A stretch of 64,000 bases of DNA from a virus (Duplodnaviria > Caudoviricetes): IMG/VR virus record IMGVR_UViG_3300021387_001106, positions 1 to 64,000 of that record; one strand, given 5' to 3'. A program made the position numbers and the translations under genes. The notes below the pieces were generated by a model. The model was not told the DNA's origin and did no database searches. It saw only the letters and a program-made list of their open reading frames with translations. Numbering within the stretch: position 1 is the first letter of the stretch; each line of letters opens with the position of its first letter. Positions 17,780 to 28,131 of this stretch are shown here, piece by piece.

Positions 17780-18043
17780 ATGGGACGCACAGAAATACTG
17801 AGACAGATCCTGAAAGAAGAATATGGAATCACTACCGATGCCGAGCTTGTAAAGACCTTAGAGAAGATTTGCAAGCCCGGCATAGGTATTTTTTGTGTGG
17901 CAATGGAAGGAGGTTTGCATGAAGGAGATAACAGTACCGGAAATGAAGGAGCTTCAGTTCTCAGACGACGGTCACGTATACAGACTGGACGGGGTGGAGA
18001 TCCCATCCGTAACAACGGTGATGAAGCCGTTAAGCCGGCATGA
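17780..18043 (+). CDS. Hypothetical protein
   Basis: LKEEYGITT motif; 3' part overlaps next gene. Confidence 0.5.
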   Translation: MGRTEILRQILKEEYGITTDAELVKTLEKICKPGIGIFCVAMEGGLHEGDNSTGNEGASVLRRRSRIQTGRGGDPIRNNGDEAVKPA

Positions 18044-18533
18044 ATACAGAGCTGTAGATACACACACTCTGGATGTTGCGGCTCAGAGAGGTACCGCTGT
18101 GCACGCGGCCATAGAGAACTTTATCAAATATGGGATTGACGATGCAGCCCCGGAGCACAGGGGATACATGGACGGCTTCCTCGAATGGTGGGAGCTCAAG
18201 AAACCGGTCGTTGTCGGCAGCGAAATCAAGGTGTACCACAAGCTGTTTGGTTATGCCGGTACGGTAGACCTTATCGCATGGGTCGATAATGAGCTTAACC
18301 TTATCGACTATAAGACGACATCAAGGCTCATTGACAAAAACTGCCGCGTACAGCTGGAAGCCTACTCACAGGCACTCGAAAGTCACGGTATAAAGGTGAG
18401 CAAAAAGAGGATACTCCACCTTGGAAAAGATGGTAAATGGAAGGACCCGGAATATGCCGCAAAAGATGCAGAAGCATGGAGAGTATTCACGTCTCTCAAA
18501 TGCGTTTACGACTATATCCAGTATATCCAGTAA
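17919..18533 (+). CDS. PD-(D/E)XK exonuclease (Cas4/RecE-like)
   Basis: PSVTT, RGTAVH, AGTVDL, IDYKT, QLEAY. Confidence 0.88.
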   Translation: MKEITVPEMKELQFSDDGHVYRLDGVEIPSVTTVMKPLSRHEYRAVDTHTLDVAAQRGTAVHAAIENFIKYGIDDAAPEHRGYMDGFLEWWELKKPVVVGSEIKVYHKLFGYAGTVDLIAWVDNELNLIDYKTTSRLIDKNCRVQLEAYSQALESHGIKVSKKRILHLGKDGKWKDPEYAAKDAEAWRVFTSLKCVYDYIQYIQ

Positions 18534-18656
18534 TGTGAATATTGAGCCGGCGAACCGCCAAGAGGCGCACTTGACATCACATTTTTGCAATTTATTATTA
18601 TATCAGGAAGTTACCAGATGGAATAAAGGATTACCAGAATAAGGAGAGGTCTGCCT

Positions 18657-19343
18657 ATGGAGATTATGAATGTGAATAAGCAGGAGCAGGAGCTTGACAA
18701 GCAGGTTACCGCGCTCGAAGCAAAGGCGAACGCCATTACTATCCTGAACGATGAGGACTTTCTGGTGGCCACGGAGGCGGTCAAGAAAGTCAAGTCGGCT
18801 CAGAAGATGGTCAAGGACTACTGGGAGCCGATGAGGAAGTCGACCTACGAAGCCTACACGGCGGTCAACGCCCACAAGAAACAGATGCTCGACCCTCTCG
18901 AAAAGGCGGAGAAGACCATCAAGGGCAAGATGTCGGCCTACCAGATGGAGCAGGAGAGAAAGAGACGCGAGGAAGAGGAGCGCATCAAAGCCCTTGCTAT
19001 GGCAGAGATGGAAAAGAAGATCGCGGAAGCTGCTGAGGCAGAAGCTGATGGCGACCTGTTCGGCGCGGAATACGCAATGGCGGAAGCAGAGGCTCTGGAC
19101 AACATCACTGCCACTGCCCGCGTTCCCAAGACTACGGTCACGGTAAAGGGCGTATCCCAGTCAAAGGGGTGGGCTATCAAGTCTATCGACCTCAGCAAGC
19201 TGCCTGTTGCTTATGGCGGGGTCGTCATCAGACCGGCGGACGAGAAGGCGATCATGAACCTTATCAAGTCTTCGAACGGGACTATTTCCATTCCCGGTGT
19301 CGAATATGAGGAGACAGTGAGTTTTTCTGTAAGAGCATCTTGA
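18657..19343 (+). CDS. Coiled-coil phage protein of the recombination module
   Basis: Coiled coil, C-terminal IPGV motif; own promoter TTGACA at 18571. Confidence 0.75.
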   Translation: MEIMNVNKQEQELDKQVTALEAKANAITILNDEDFLVATEAVKKVKSAQKMVKDYWEPMRKSTYEAYTAVNAHKKQMLDPLEKAEKTIKGKMSAYQMEQERKRREEEERIKALAMAEMEKKIAEAAEAEADGDLFGAEYAMAEAEALDNITATARVPKTTVTVKGVSQSKGWAIKSIDLSKLPVAYGGVVIRPADEKAIMNLIKSSNGTISIPGVEYEETVSFSVRAS

Positions 19344-19362
19344 ACGAATAGGAGGTAGAAAA

Positions 19363-20247
19363 ATGGGTGATGGAATCGTAACAGTTGACAACATGCAGAT
19401 TCAGAAGTCTGTGACAAGGAACAATCTTGGCGTCTTCGAGAACGCGGAGAGCTTCGGGCTCGCAATGCAGATGGCGGACGCACTGGCACGGTCGACAATC
19501 GTGCCAAAGTCCTATCAGGGCAATCCGTCCAACTGCCTGATCGCTATCGAAATGGCGTCCCGCATTAACACGAGTCCGATGATGGTGATGCAGAACCTGT
19601 ACATCGTCAACGGGACTCCTGCGTGGTCTTCCCAGTGGATTATCGCCATGATTAACAACAGCAAGCGTTACAAGACGGAGCTGAAGTTCGACATGGAGTA
19701 TGACCAGTACGGGAAGCCTGCAAGCTGCATGGCATGGGCTGAGGATTACAACGGCAACAAGGTCGTCGGACCGAGAATCACCATGCAGATGGCTGACGCA
19801 GAGGGGTGGATTCGAAAGAACGGCTCCAAGTGGAACACTATGCCGGAGGTAATGATTCGGTACAGGGCGGCGTCCTTCTTCGGGCGTCTGAACTGCCCCG
19901 ACATGATTATGGGCATCTACTCTCAGGAAGAGGTCATCGACGCTTTCGACGAGTCCACGGGAGAGGTTGTCGTGGAATCGGAGACTACCACACCGGATGG
20001 TGGAGACCGCCAGATCACTCAGGATGAGCGGCAGGTGTTCATGAGCGCAATCGCCAACAAGTTTAACGGAAAGGACAAGAGGAACAGCGTCTTCAAGGAG
20101 GTCATCACACAGCTTGGGCTCAAGTCCACGAATGAGATGACGGTCTCGCAGCTTGGTCAGGCAATCGAGCTTGTTGACAAAATGGCAACAGAAACGGTAA
20201 CGGATGAAAATTTGGCGGAGACACCTGAAGTAATGGACGGAGAATGA
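19363..20247 (+). CDS. recT: RecT-family single-strand annealing protein
   Basis: STIVPKSYQGNPSNCLIA...PMMVMQNLYIVNG; SKWNTMPEVMIRYRA. Confidence 0.8.
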   Translation: MGDGIVTVDNMQIQKSVTRNNLGVFENAESFGLAMQMADALARSTIVPKSYQGNPSNCLIAIEMASRINTSPMMVMQNLYIVNGTPAWSSQWIIAMINNSKRYKTELKFDMEYDQYGKPASCMAWAEDYNGNKVVGPRITMQMADAEGWIRKNGSKWNTMPEVMIRYRAASFFGRLNCPDMIMGIYSQEEVIDAFDESTGEVVVESETTTPDGGDRQITQDERQVFMSAIANKFNGKDKRNSVFKEVITQLGLKSTNEMTVSQLGQAIELVDKMATETVTDENLAETPEVMDGE

Positions 20248-20333
20248 TGATATAGCACTGTCAATTTCATCCATGAACAAGAGAGACCTGCGGATTACCA
20301 TGCCCGGGTCTCTCCAAGTTAAAGAGGTGGGCT

Positions 20334-21200
20334 ATGGCACTGTATCGTATGGTCTCAAGCAGTTTTTGGACCGACAGCAAAGTCGTAGATGACTTTACGC
20401 CAGAAGACAGATACTTTTACCTGTACCTGTTTACAAATCCACACACAAACCTGTGCGGGTGTTACGAGATTAGTTTCAGACAGATGGTGAGTGAAACAGG
20501 ATATAGCAGGGAATCTGTTGAAAACTTGCTGAAGAGGTTCGAAAACGTTCACAACGTGATCAGGTATTCGCAGGAAACGAAGGAGCTTTTGATCCTGAAA
20601 TACCACAAATACAACTGGACAAAATCCGAAAAATACAGGAAAGGGGTGATGAAAGAGGTTCAAAACATCAAGGAAAACTCGTTTAAGGAGTACCTTTTGG
20701 GGCTGTTAGAAGGTGACGATACGGTACAGATACCCTATCCATACCCTATTTTTTCTCCCCCCCAGACCCCCCCTATTACTAATACTATTACTGATGCTAA
20801 TACTAATGCTAATACTAATACTGTTAAAACGGTATCCATACCCTATGGATACGGTATCGAAGACAGGGTGGCGGAGAAGAAGCCAGTTGCACCATGGCGT
20901 GATACGGTGCGGGATTCCCCTCTGTCGGAACCTGTGAAGGACAAGCTGCTCGACTTTTTGGAATACAGGAAGGAGATAAAAAAGCCCTTCAAGTCGGAGC
21001 GTGGAGTCAAAGCCCTGATAAATCAGGTGGTAAAACAGGAACAAGAGCACGGCTCATCGGCTGTAATAGGGTGCATAGACACAACTATGCAGAATGGATG
21101 GCAGGGGCTGTTCTGGGACCGGATAGACCCCGGGCGGTCAAAACCCCTCACTGGTGCAGATGTTTACTTCGAAATGGCAATGGAGGGCAGGAAAACATGA
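20334..21200 (+). CDS. Phage replication initiator / replisome organizer
   Basis: FWTDSKV...YFYLYLFTNPHTNLCG N-domain; C-terminal NGWQGLF. Confidence 0.85.
   Translation: MALYRMVSSSFWTDSKVVDDFTPEDRYFYLYLFTNPHTNLCGCYEISFRQMVSETGYSRESVENLLKRFENVHNVIRYSQETKELLILKYHKYNWTKSEKYRKGVMKEVQNIKENSFKEYLLGLLEGDDTVQIPYPYPIFSPPQTPPITNTITDANTNANTNTVKTVSIPYGYGIEDRVAEKKPVAPWRDTVRDSPLSEPVKDKLLDFLEYRKEIKKPFKSERGVKALINQVVKQEQEHGSSAVIGCIDTTMQNGWQGLFWDRIDPGRSKPLTGADVYFEMAMEGRKT
20718..20860. repeat. Putative replication origin (iteron-like repeats inside the initiator gene)
   Basis: TATCCATACCCTAT at 20736 and 20833, GATACGGTA repeats, AT-rich TACTAA tract between them. Confidence 0.55.
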
Positions 21201-21895
21201 CGATACAGGAAACGAAAGAGGTACTCGCAATGGTTTCGTCCTCTTTCCCGAAGTTTTTTTCAAACATCACAAGGGAGAGTGCTGAGCGCAACGTCATCAT
21301 GTGGCATGAGGATTTAGGCGAATATTCAATGGCTGCGGTCGTCGCGGGTGTAAAAGCCTACAGGACTGCTGACAGAAGCGGCTTTCCACCTTCAACCGGA
21401 CAGGTGATCGGGTATATCCACATGGTCGGACATCCCGAGGACAGAAGCGGCACAGAGGCTTGGGCGCTTGTAAGGCGTGCGGTTAACTGCCCGTGGGACC
21501 AGATGGAAGCGTCATTCAATACACTGCCAAAGACGGTGCAGAAAGCGGTCGGAAGCGCAGCTTCCCTCAAGGAACTGGCTATGATGGACTCGCAGAAATT
21601 CGAGACTGTGGCACAGTCGAATTTCCTCAGGATGTATGATGCCGAGCAAAAAAGAGAGGCCATTGAACAGCGCATGAGCAATTCGGTCATCGAGGCAAGA
21701 GAACTCGTCCGCAAGGAACTGGAAAAGCGGAGGCCGGCGGAACCACAGCTCGGTACTTCTGAGAGGGGGCGGATGATAACGGCAAAGAAAGACCCCGGGA
21801 ATAAGGGGACTGAGAAGGCTGAAAGCATCCAGAGGCCATCTGGAAGGACAAGGGCGGATGACCTTGCGGAGCTGAGAAAAAGGCTCGGCGTATAG
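21197..21895 (+). CDS. Replicative helicase loader/inhibitor (G39P-like)
   Basis: MTIQET...W..DL..Y...GFPPS; AWALV. Confidence 0.75.
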   Translation: MTIQETKEVLAMVSSSFPKFFSNITRESAERNVIMWHEDLGEYSMAAVVAGVKAYRTADRSGFPPSTGQVIGYIHMVGHPEDRSGTEAWALVRRAVNCPWDQMEASFNTLPKTVQKAVGSAASLKELAMMDSQKFETVAQSNFLRMYDAEQKREAIEQRMSNSVIEARELVRKELEKRRPAEPQLGTSERGRMITAKKDPGNKGTEKAESIQRPSGRTRADDLAELRKRLGV

Positions 21896-21923
21896 GATTA
21901 TCAATCGCAAGGATGGAAAAAGC

Positions 21924-22442
21924 GTGAAAGAGGCAAAGTTTACAGTACCCGGTGAGCCGAGGGGCAAGGGACGCCCCCGGTTCGCCACAAGGAAAACTAA
22001 GGACGGAAGGACGTTCGCAAAAGCCTATACACCGAATGAGACAGTGGTCTATGAGAACTTGGTTCGGATGGAGTATGAGAGGCAGTGCGGGGGCATCTTT
22101 TTCCCGAAGGATACACCCGTAGAGATGAGCATAACGGCGTACTATCAAATCCCTAAGAGCGTGAGCAAGAAAAAAGCACGTATGATGCTTGAAGGGAAAA
22201 TACGTCCACTCAGGAAACCAGACTCAACGAACGTCCAAAAGTCGATTGAGGATGGTATCAATACTGTTGCGTATCATGACGACGCCCAGATTGTTGATTC
22301 GCAAATATGCAGGTACTACGGTGAGATACCGAGAGTAGAAGTGACTATCAGGGAGATAGTGCAGGAAGGAGAAAACGCAGATGCACAAGGAAAAGCTGAC
22401 ACTGGCAACGATATGCGGCGGAGCGGTACAGGAGAAGGTTGA
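21924..22442 (+). CDS. rusA: RusA-family Holliday junction resolvase
   Basis: GEPRGKGRPRF, KPDSTNV.K..D, DDAQIV. Confidence 0.9.
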   Translation: MKEAKFTVPGEPRGKGRPRFATRKTKDGRTFAKAYTPNETVVYENLVRMEYERQCGGIFFPKDTPVEMSITAYYQIPKSVSKKKARMMLEGKIRPLRKPDSTNVQKSIEDGINTVAYHDDAQIVDSQICRYYGEIPRVEVTIREIVQEGENADAQGKADTGNDMRRSGTGEG

Positions 22443-22830
22443 CCGCGCACTTGAGAGGGTGGCAAAGAACATCCTCGACCCAAATACGGACGCGGGCAAG
22501 AAGAGGGTCATCTCCCTGAAGATCACCATGAAGCCCGACGAGGACGACCGCGAGGACGTTGTTGTCAGCGCAGACGTGACCTACACACTGGCACCAGAGA
22601 CCGGTGTGCAGACACAGTTCTTCGTCAACAAAGACCTGACGAACGGCAAGGTGACCGTCATGGAGCACAAGAAGGGCGAGATCAAGGGGCAGCTTGACTT
22701 CACCGACCTTGGCCTTATCCCCGGCCCGGTGGATGACATTGACGATGACGAGCCTGTCGAGGACTACGAGGAAGATGTCGAGGAGACGGCAGACGGAGCC
22801 GGTGTACTGGACTTCAGACGTCACGGATAA
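22381..22830 (+). CDS. Phage replication-terminator-like protein
   Basis: GGAVQEK...NILDPNTDA..KR. Confidence 0.7.
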   Translation: MHKEKLTLATICGGAVQEKVDRALERVAKNILDPNTDAGKKRVISLKITMKPDEDDREDVVVSADVTYTLAPETGVQTQFFVNKDLTNGKVTVMEHKKGEIKGQLDFTDLGLIPGPVDDIDDDEPVEDYEEDVEETADGAGVLDFRRHG

Positions 22831-22839
22831 GGGGGACAC

Positions 22840-23124
22840 ATGACGGATATATACGTCAGGGATAAAGAAACGGGCACTGTTCACAGGGTGGGGGATGACC
22901 CGCATGACTGCCTGTGGGTACATAACGGGACTGTCATTTACTACAATCTCAAGAACGGGGAAGGAACCAGAACAGGCGTCTCATACGAGTTCGTGGAGTC
23001 TGATATATATGGCGAAATATCTGACGGGGATATGGAGAAAGCTGAAGCATACAGGGAGAGTATAGAGGACTTCCGCAGGATACAGAAGGAACTGGCCGCA
23101 CAAGGATTTGTTTTAATATCATGA
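22840..23124 (+). CDS. Hypothetical protein
   Basis: H.VGDDPHD.L, YYNLKNGEG. Confidence 0.7.
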   Translation: MTDIYVRDKETGTVHRVGDDPHDCLWVHNGTVIYYNLKNGEGTRTGVSYEFVESDIYGEISDGDMEKAEAYRESIEDFRRIQKELAAQGFVLIS

Positions 23125-23135
23125 GGAGAAGAGAT

Positions 23136-23858
23136 ATGATCGCAAGCGCAATCGACAAGATATTATCAATCGCACAGCCCGTCGTCGTAGAGGTGGACGG
23201 GGAGCATTTCAGCACGGAACGCCTGAACCGGATACCTGCTGAAAAGAACGCTGAACCGGTCGAGGTCAAGACGCTTTCCAGTCTTGTGAAGTACGTCAAG
23301 GACTTCAGAGAGAACTTCAAGGACGTACCGCTTCTGGTACACGTGGTCTCCCCTACAACGGTGAGGCTCATGACCGCGCTCAATGATGACAGGGAACGCG
23401 AGTACCTGATGACCGCAGAGGCGGAGCTGCCTCATATCCCGTTCGGCGTTTACATCGGCAACGAGGATATGCTCATCAAAGTCCAGTCCATGTTCGTGGA
23501 CGACGATGAAACGGACAAGGATCTGGTGCTGAAGTTCGCGGGAACCGTTACATCGGGGAGTGTCAAGGAGTACGGCGATGACGGCGTCACGCAGAAAGCG
23601 ACCATCAAGAACGGCGTGGCGTCCAAGGCGGAGGCCATCGTACCCTCACCTTGCACGCTCAGGCCGTACAGGACGTTCCTTGAGGTCGAGCAGCCGACGT
23701 CAAAGTTCATCTTCCGCATGAAGGAAGGATTGGGCAACAGCGTTGAGTCGGCGTTCTTTGAGGCCGACGGCGGCGCGTGGAAGAACGAGGCGAGGGCCAA
23801 CATCCGCGACTATCTGGAAGAGGAGTTTGAAGGCACGGACATCGTGGTCATTGCGTAA
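23136..23858 (+). CDS. Conserved phage protein
   Basis: DDGVTQ, LRPYRTFLEVEQP, FEADGGAW. Confidence 0.8.
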   Translation: MIASAIDKILSIAQPVVVEVDGEHFSTERLNRIPAEKNAEPVEVKTLSSLVKYVKDFRENFKDVPLLVHVVSPTTVRLMTALNDDREREYLMTAEAELPHIPFGVYIGNEDMLIKVQSMFVDDDETDKDLVLKFAGTVTSGSVKEYGDDGVTQKATIKNGVASKAEAIVPSPCTLRPYRTFLEVEQPTSKFIFRMKEGLGNSVESAFFEADGGAWKNEARANIRDYLEEEFEGTDIVVIA

Positions 23859-23872
23859 AAGAGGGCAAGCAG

Positions 23873-24556
23873 ATGAAGTCGCCAAATGATACCGTCAAGG
23901 GAACGATCGTGGACTACAACCCTGAGACGGGGGAAATGACCATAAAGGCTTATTACCCGGACTGGCCGACCATGACGCGCAGGGAATACAAGAACTGCCT
24001 GCTCCAGATGGTGGACAGCAGGCCGCTCTCTACCAAACAGCGGAACGCCTGTTATGCCCTCATCCACGAGATCGCGGACTATACGGGCATGGAAGTGGAA
24101 TCGGTCAAGCAATGGACCAAGATACGCTTTCTGGCAAACGACCTGAATGAGACGGCAGATAAGATATTTTCACTCAGCAATGCCCCGATGTCCCTTGTGT
24201 GTGCCTTCCAGAGGTTCCTGGTGCGTATCATCATCGAATTTGACATACCGACCGCGATGCAGCTCTCCAAGTATGTCGATGACGTACAGGACTTCGTCTA
24301 TGCATGTGCCATACACAAGAAATGCTGCGTGTGCGGCCAGACAGCAGAGGGGCACCACTGGAAGAGGCTCGGTATGGGAGCGGACCGGAAAAGGGTGAAC
24401 CATATCGGGATGCCCATGGAGCCCCTGTGCCGGCTGCATCATACGCAGTGCCACTCCATGTCACAGGCAGAGTTCGATGAGAAGTGGCATATATGCCCTG
24501 TCAAGATAGACAAGGCGATCGCGAAAATATATGACCTGAACGCGGATACTGAATAA
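23873..24556 (+). CDS. Putative HNHc nuclease
   Basis: CCVCG...HH...LCRLHH..CH. Confidence 0.8.
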   Translation: MKSPNDTVKGTIVDYNPETGEMTIKAYYPDWPTMTRREYKNCLLQMVDSRPLSTKQRNACYALIHEIADYTGMEVESVKQWTKIRFLANDLNETADKIFSLSNAPMSLVCAFQRFLVRIIIEFDIPTAMQLSKYVDDVQDFVYACAIHKKCCVCGQTAEGHHWKRLGMGADRKRVNHIGMPMEPLCRLHHTQCHSMSQAEFDEKWHICPVKIDKAIAKIYDLNADTE

Positions 24557-24570
24557 CAGGAGGATAGAAC

Positions 24571-25152
24571 ATGTTGAATAACTGGTGTGGGCAGGGAAGG
24601 CTCACAAAGGATGTGGAACTCAGATACACGGCGTCGCAGATGGCTGTAGCGTCATTCACCATCGCGTGCGAGAGGGATTACAAGCCAAAGGACAGGGAAA
24701 GGGAAACGGACTGGATCGACGTTGTGGCATGGAACAGCAACGCGGAGTTCGTGAACAAGTATTTCCGCAAGGGGGATATGGTCATTATCAGCGGTCATCT
24801 TCAGACCCGTACCTACGAGGACAAGAACGGGGTGAAGCGGAAGGCTGTAGAGGTCGTCGTCGACAAGTTCAATTTCGGCGGGAGCAAACGTCAGGACGGC
24901 AACCGGGAACAGCAAAACAGCCAGTATGGACAGTATGGACAGCAGGGAACCCCCGCAAACGGCTCGCACAGCCCCTCTAACAGCTCTTACGGGGGTGGGG
25001 GCAATAACTATACCCCTAACAACGTAAAAGCCGCCTACGGGGCTCAGAGCGGCCTTTACGGGCAAAACGGGAATCCTGACTACTCACAGGGTATCGCGGA
25101 CGGGTTTATGAACATCCCGGATGGGATCGACGAGGAACTGCCATTCGCGTAA
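24571..25152 (+). CDS. ssb: Single-stranded DNA-binding protein
   Basis: GRLTKDVELRYT OB fold; acidic tail DEELPF. Confidence 0.95.
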   Translation: MLNNWCGQGRLTKDVELRYTASQMAVASFTIACERDYKPKDRERETDWIDVVAWNSNAEFVNKYFRKGDMVIISGHLQTRTYEDKNGVKRKAVEVVVDKFNFGGSKRQDGNREQQNSQYGQYGQQGTPANGSHSPSNSSYGGGGNNYTPNNVKAAYGAQSGLYGQNGNPDYSQGIADGFMNIPDGIDEELPFA

Positions 25153-25235
25153 TCAGCAGCCGTGCATTATCATTACCGGAGGGGTTATCGGCGCAAATGG
25201 AACGGCTCTGATAATGCTATTGAGGAGGAACCCTC

Positions 25236-25733
25236 GTGGAAATGGCTGCCAAAGTGACCTTGAAGGACGACATACGGGCCTTGAAGGAAAGGCTCATGGA
25301 CTACCGTGAAAGGGAGAGGGACATAGATAACCAGATAGAGCGTATAGAGAATCTTGATGAAAAGATGCGGAGCCTTCAATCACCGGAACTGTCGGGTATG
25401 CCTCATGCGCAGAACGTCATTAACGACCGTATCGGAAAAATGTATGCTGAAAAGGACGAGTTGGAGCATGAGATACGAGACCTTATAGAGTTCCAGTCCT
25501 CGGAGAGGGAGTGGATAAAGGGCATCCTGTCCCACATAAAAAAGGCGGATGAAAAGGCATGTATCCAGATCAGGTATCTCGATGTGGAAAGCTGGGGAAA
25601 GGTATCGCTCTCCCTGTTCGGCACAAACGAAGACTATCAGGAGCGGCGGGACTCATATATCAGGAGAACGACCAAGCTGCACGGTCGGGCTCTCATGGAT
25701 ATGGCCGCTTACCTGAGAGAACAGCAGGGATGA
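25236..25733 (+). CDS. ArpU/RinA (DUF1492)-like transcriptional activator
   Basis: LSGMP, IRYLD..SW, KLHGRAL. Confidence 0.75.
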   Translation: MEMAAKVTLKDDIRALKERLMDYRERERDIDNQIERIENLDEKMRSLQSPELSGMPHAQNVINDRIGKMYAEKDELEHEIRDLIEFQSSEREWIKGILSHIKKADEKACIQIRYLDVESWGKVSLSLFGTNEDYQERRDSYIRRTTKLHGRALMDMAAYLREQQG

Positions 25734-25749
25734 ATAACGCATTGGGGAT

Positions 25750-25776
25750 AGACCGGCAGAAGCCGGTCTTTTTTTT
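25750..25776 (+). terminator. Intrinsic terminator
   Basis: AGACCGGC-AGAA-GCCGGTCT + T run. Confidence 0.8.
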
Positions 25777-25834
25777 GTGGCAAAAAGACGGGAAAAGGCC
25801 GAAAACGGGCTGTACCCACCGTAGAAAAGGCGTT

Positions 25835-25849
25835 CTAAGACGTTTTCAG
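25835..25849 (+). repeat. CTAAGACGTTTTCAG repeat, copy 1 of 4 (others at 31126, 33951, 42141)
   Basis: Exact intergenic 15-mer. Confidence 0.85.
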
Positions 25850-25965
25850 CAACGCCACCCTTACAATACTACCCTACGGCATGTTTTATGAGAGCTCAGA
25901 GGCTCAAAAAATGCGGATATAAATATACATAAGATAAAATACTAAGAAAAGTATCTGTAAATAAA

Positions 25966-26006
25966 TTGACCATGCACGCTCTATTGATACAATAAAATTA
26001 CAGGGG
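25966..26006 (+). promoter_or_regulatory. Repeated promoter cassette TTGACCATGC...TGnTACAAT..AATTACAGGGG
   Basis: Related copies at 34081, 38360, 40846; TTGACCATGC also at 40231, 43302, 44862, 51010. Confidence 0.75.
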
Positions 26007-26053
26007 ACACTTAAAACACTACACGCCGGGGAGCCGGTTCGGGGGATTCCGAG

Positions 26054-26317
26054 ATGTTGGACATGCTTCAGGCAAAGGTCGCGGGGATGCTCAAAAACAT
26101 TAACAGCGGCCTGTACGCAGACGACCGGCGGTGGAATGACGATGAGACAGTAATCGACTTTGCCGTCATCGAATTTCTCGGCTGTACCAAAGACGGAAAA
26201 CCTGTTGAAAAAGACCGGGGCCGCCACCGTTTCATCTATGTGGATAACGACGTCTTCGGGCGCTCTTTTGAGGAACAGGCGGACGACTGGCTTGAGGAAC
26301 TGTCCTACAGATTCTGA
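26054..26317 (+). CDS. Hypothetical protein
   Basis: GGGGG RBS after promoter cassette. Confidence 0.65.
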   Translation: MLDMLQAKVAGMLKNINSGLYADDRRWNDDETVIDFAVIEFLGCTKDGKPVEKDRGRHRFIYVDNDVFGRSFEEQADDWLEELSYRF

Positions 26318-26331
26318 ACAGGAGGGCGGGT

Positions 26332-26553
26332 ATGAAATTGGCGGTATTCAGCAAACCACAGGAACTTGCCGACTGGCATAACAGGGAGGCTGACCTCATT
26401 GAGGCCAACGGCCTGAGGCTCGCCAAAGAAATGCTGGCAAGGGCAAGGAAGACTGGCCACGATGTCAAGTGGCATGAAGGCAATGTCAAGAGCATCGAAC
26501 GCAAGGTCAGAAAGCACAGAAGGCTGGCACAACTGGCTTTGACGGAAGCATAA
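26332..26553 (+). CDS. Hypothetical protein
   Basis: AGGAGG RBS. Confidence 0.65.
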   Translation: MKLAVFSKPQELADWHNREADLIEANGLRLAKEMLARARKTGHDVKWHEGNVKSIERKVRKHRRLAQLALTEA

Positions 26554-26596
26554 ACGACGGTCCATACAGGCGGACAGACGCCAGAAGGGAGTTTCG

Positions 26597-27025
26597 ATGA
26601 GCTGGGAATATTTCGACAAATTTGAAGCCATTAACGACAAGTACCTTCCGTCTTGGGGAGAGGGCGAGACGCTTGCCACTCAGATCTGCACGGCGGTGAA
26701 CAAGCTGGTCTACAAGTGGTTCAACGACGGTGACGTTTTTGACAACGTCCACTGCCCACTTGATGGATGGGCCAACGACCTGACCGACTACGCCAACTGG
26801 CTCTACAAGAACACGGACGCGGACGCCATCCTCGACTCCATCTGTGACTGCGAATGCGGTGACGACTACGAGACTCTGCTCATGGATCTGGCGGACTTGC
26901 TCCTGACCGACGAGGTGATGGAAGCTGCTTCCAAGAAACCGGCGGTCGGAACCATCTACGACTGCGACGGACCGTTCGAGTTCGACGAGTTCAAAGGGGA
27001 AGAAGAGGAGGAAGAAGAGTGGTGA
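26597..27025 (+). CDS. Acidic hypothetical protein
   Basis: YLPSWGEGET, YKWFNDGD; poly-Glu tail. Confidence 0.75.
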   Translation: MSWEYFDKFEAINDKYLPSWGEGETLATQICTAVNKLVYKWFNDGDVFDNVHCPLDGWANDLTDYANWLYKNTDADAILDSICDCECGDDYETLLMDLADLLLTDEVMEAASKKPAVGTIYDCDGPFEFDEFKGEEEEEEEW

Positions 27026-27117
27026 GATGCCCGAAATGACCGGGCACGGCGGGCTGCAAGGCGGTCTACAAAAATGTGAACATGGGTTAACAAAACGTGT
27101 TTACGAAGGGGGATGAA

Positions 27118-27351
27118 ATGACCAGACAGAAGAAGGAGATTATCCGAAAGATTCAGGAACTCGACAGGGAACTGGCCATCGACGAAGCACTCAGCTTCGG
27201 GTGCGCCCCGGATGGAGCCTATGACGTCTTCTACGACGCCATTAACAAGCTGCAAGAGGAACTCGCGCATCTCTGTCATTTCGACACCTACATCGACTAC
27301 GTGATGGACCCGAGGTGGCGGGTCGGCATGGAAGAGCTTCCGTTCACATGA
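27118..27351 (+). CDS. Hypothetical protein
   Basis: AAGGGGG RBS. Confidence 0.65.
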   Translation: MTRQKKEIIRKIQELDRELAIDEALSFGCAPDGAYDVFYDAINKLQEELAHLCHFDTYIDYVMDPRWRVGMEELPFT

Positions 27352-27366
27352 GGAAAGGGGGACTGC

Positions 27367-27555
27367 ATGACTATTCTGGTGAGATGGTACGGGCGCAACG
27401 ATGACTTCTCTCCCAACTACTTTGACGAGCACCATGGAACGCTCCGTGGTGAGAACGCGGATGACTGCTGGAAGAAGTTCATCGAGCACGGCAACACCCA
27501 CGACTTGGCAAAGTACACGGCGCGTGAGATCGCCGGCATGTGGGAAGACAACTGA
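27367..27555 (+). CDS. Hypothetical protein
   Basis: AAGGGGG RBS. Confidence 0.6.
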   Translation: MTILVRWYGRNDDFSPNYFDEHHGTLRGENADDCWKKFIEHGNTHDLAKYTAREIAGMWEDN

Positions 27556-27568
27556 AAGGGGGACGCCT

Positions 27569-28015
27569 ATGGAACACGTGTATGATGACGGCGGCAGGGC
27601 CGCAGCCGGTTACAAGGGGACGGCGGGGGACTGCGCTTGCAGGGCGCTTTCCATTGCCACCGGGATGGACTACAAGGACGCCTACAAGCTCATAAATGAG
27701 TTTGCCAAGAAGGAACGCGCGATCAACCCGAAGAGGGGCAGGTCGAGCGCTCGGACCGGCGTCTACAAGGAGACTTTCCAGAAGATTATGGAGAGTCTCG
27801 GGTGGAAGTGGAAAGCAACGATGCTTTTCGGGAAGGGCTGTACGACGCACATGCGCAAAGAAGAGCTTCCTGCCGGCAGGATTATCTGCAATCTCTCCAA
27901 ACACTACGCGGCGGTCATTGACGGCGTTCTTCACGACACATATGACTGTACACGTGACGGAACGAGATGCGTCTATGGATACTGGTACAAACCGGACGGG
28001 ATTCAGAAAAATTGA
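27569..28015 (+). CDS. Conserved phage protein (GDC..RA...H...V.DG, papain-like Cys-His motif)
   Basis: GDCACRALSIA, KHYAAVIDG, DTYDC. Confidence 0.7.
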   Translation: MEHVYDDGGRAAAGYKGTAGDCACRALSIATGMDYKDAYKLINEFAKKERAINPKRGRSSARTGVYKETFQKIMESLGWKWKATMLFGKGCTTHMRKEELPAGRIICNLSKHYAAVIDGVLHDTYDCTRDGTRCVYGYWYKPDGIQKN

Positions 28016-28131
28016 TACTGGACGAGATTCAGTAAAATTGACACTGCGTTGCTCTATGGTACTATTAACATACAAGGGGATTACCAGATGGTACGGAAAA
28101 GCACCAGAAGAGAGTGCGGAAAGGAGAGCAA

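Noticed and set aside
17919-18533. Cas4 as part of a CRISPR system
   Set aside because: Lacks the Fe-S cysteine set and sits in the RecT recombination module; ordinary phage exonuclease
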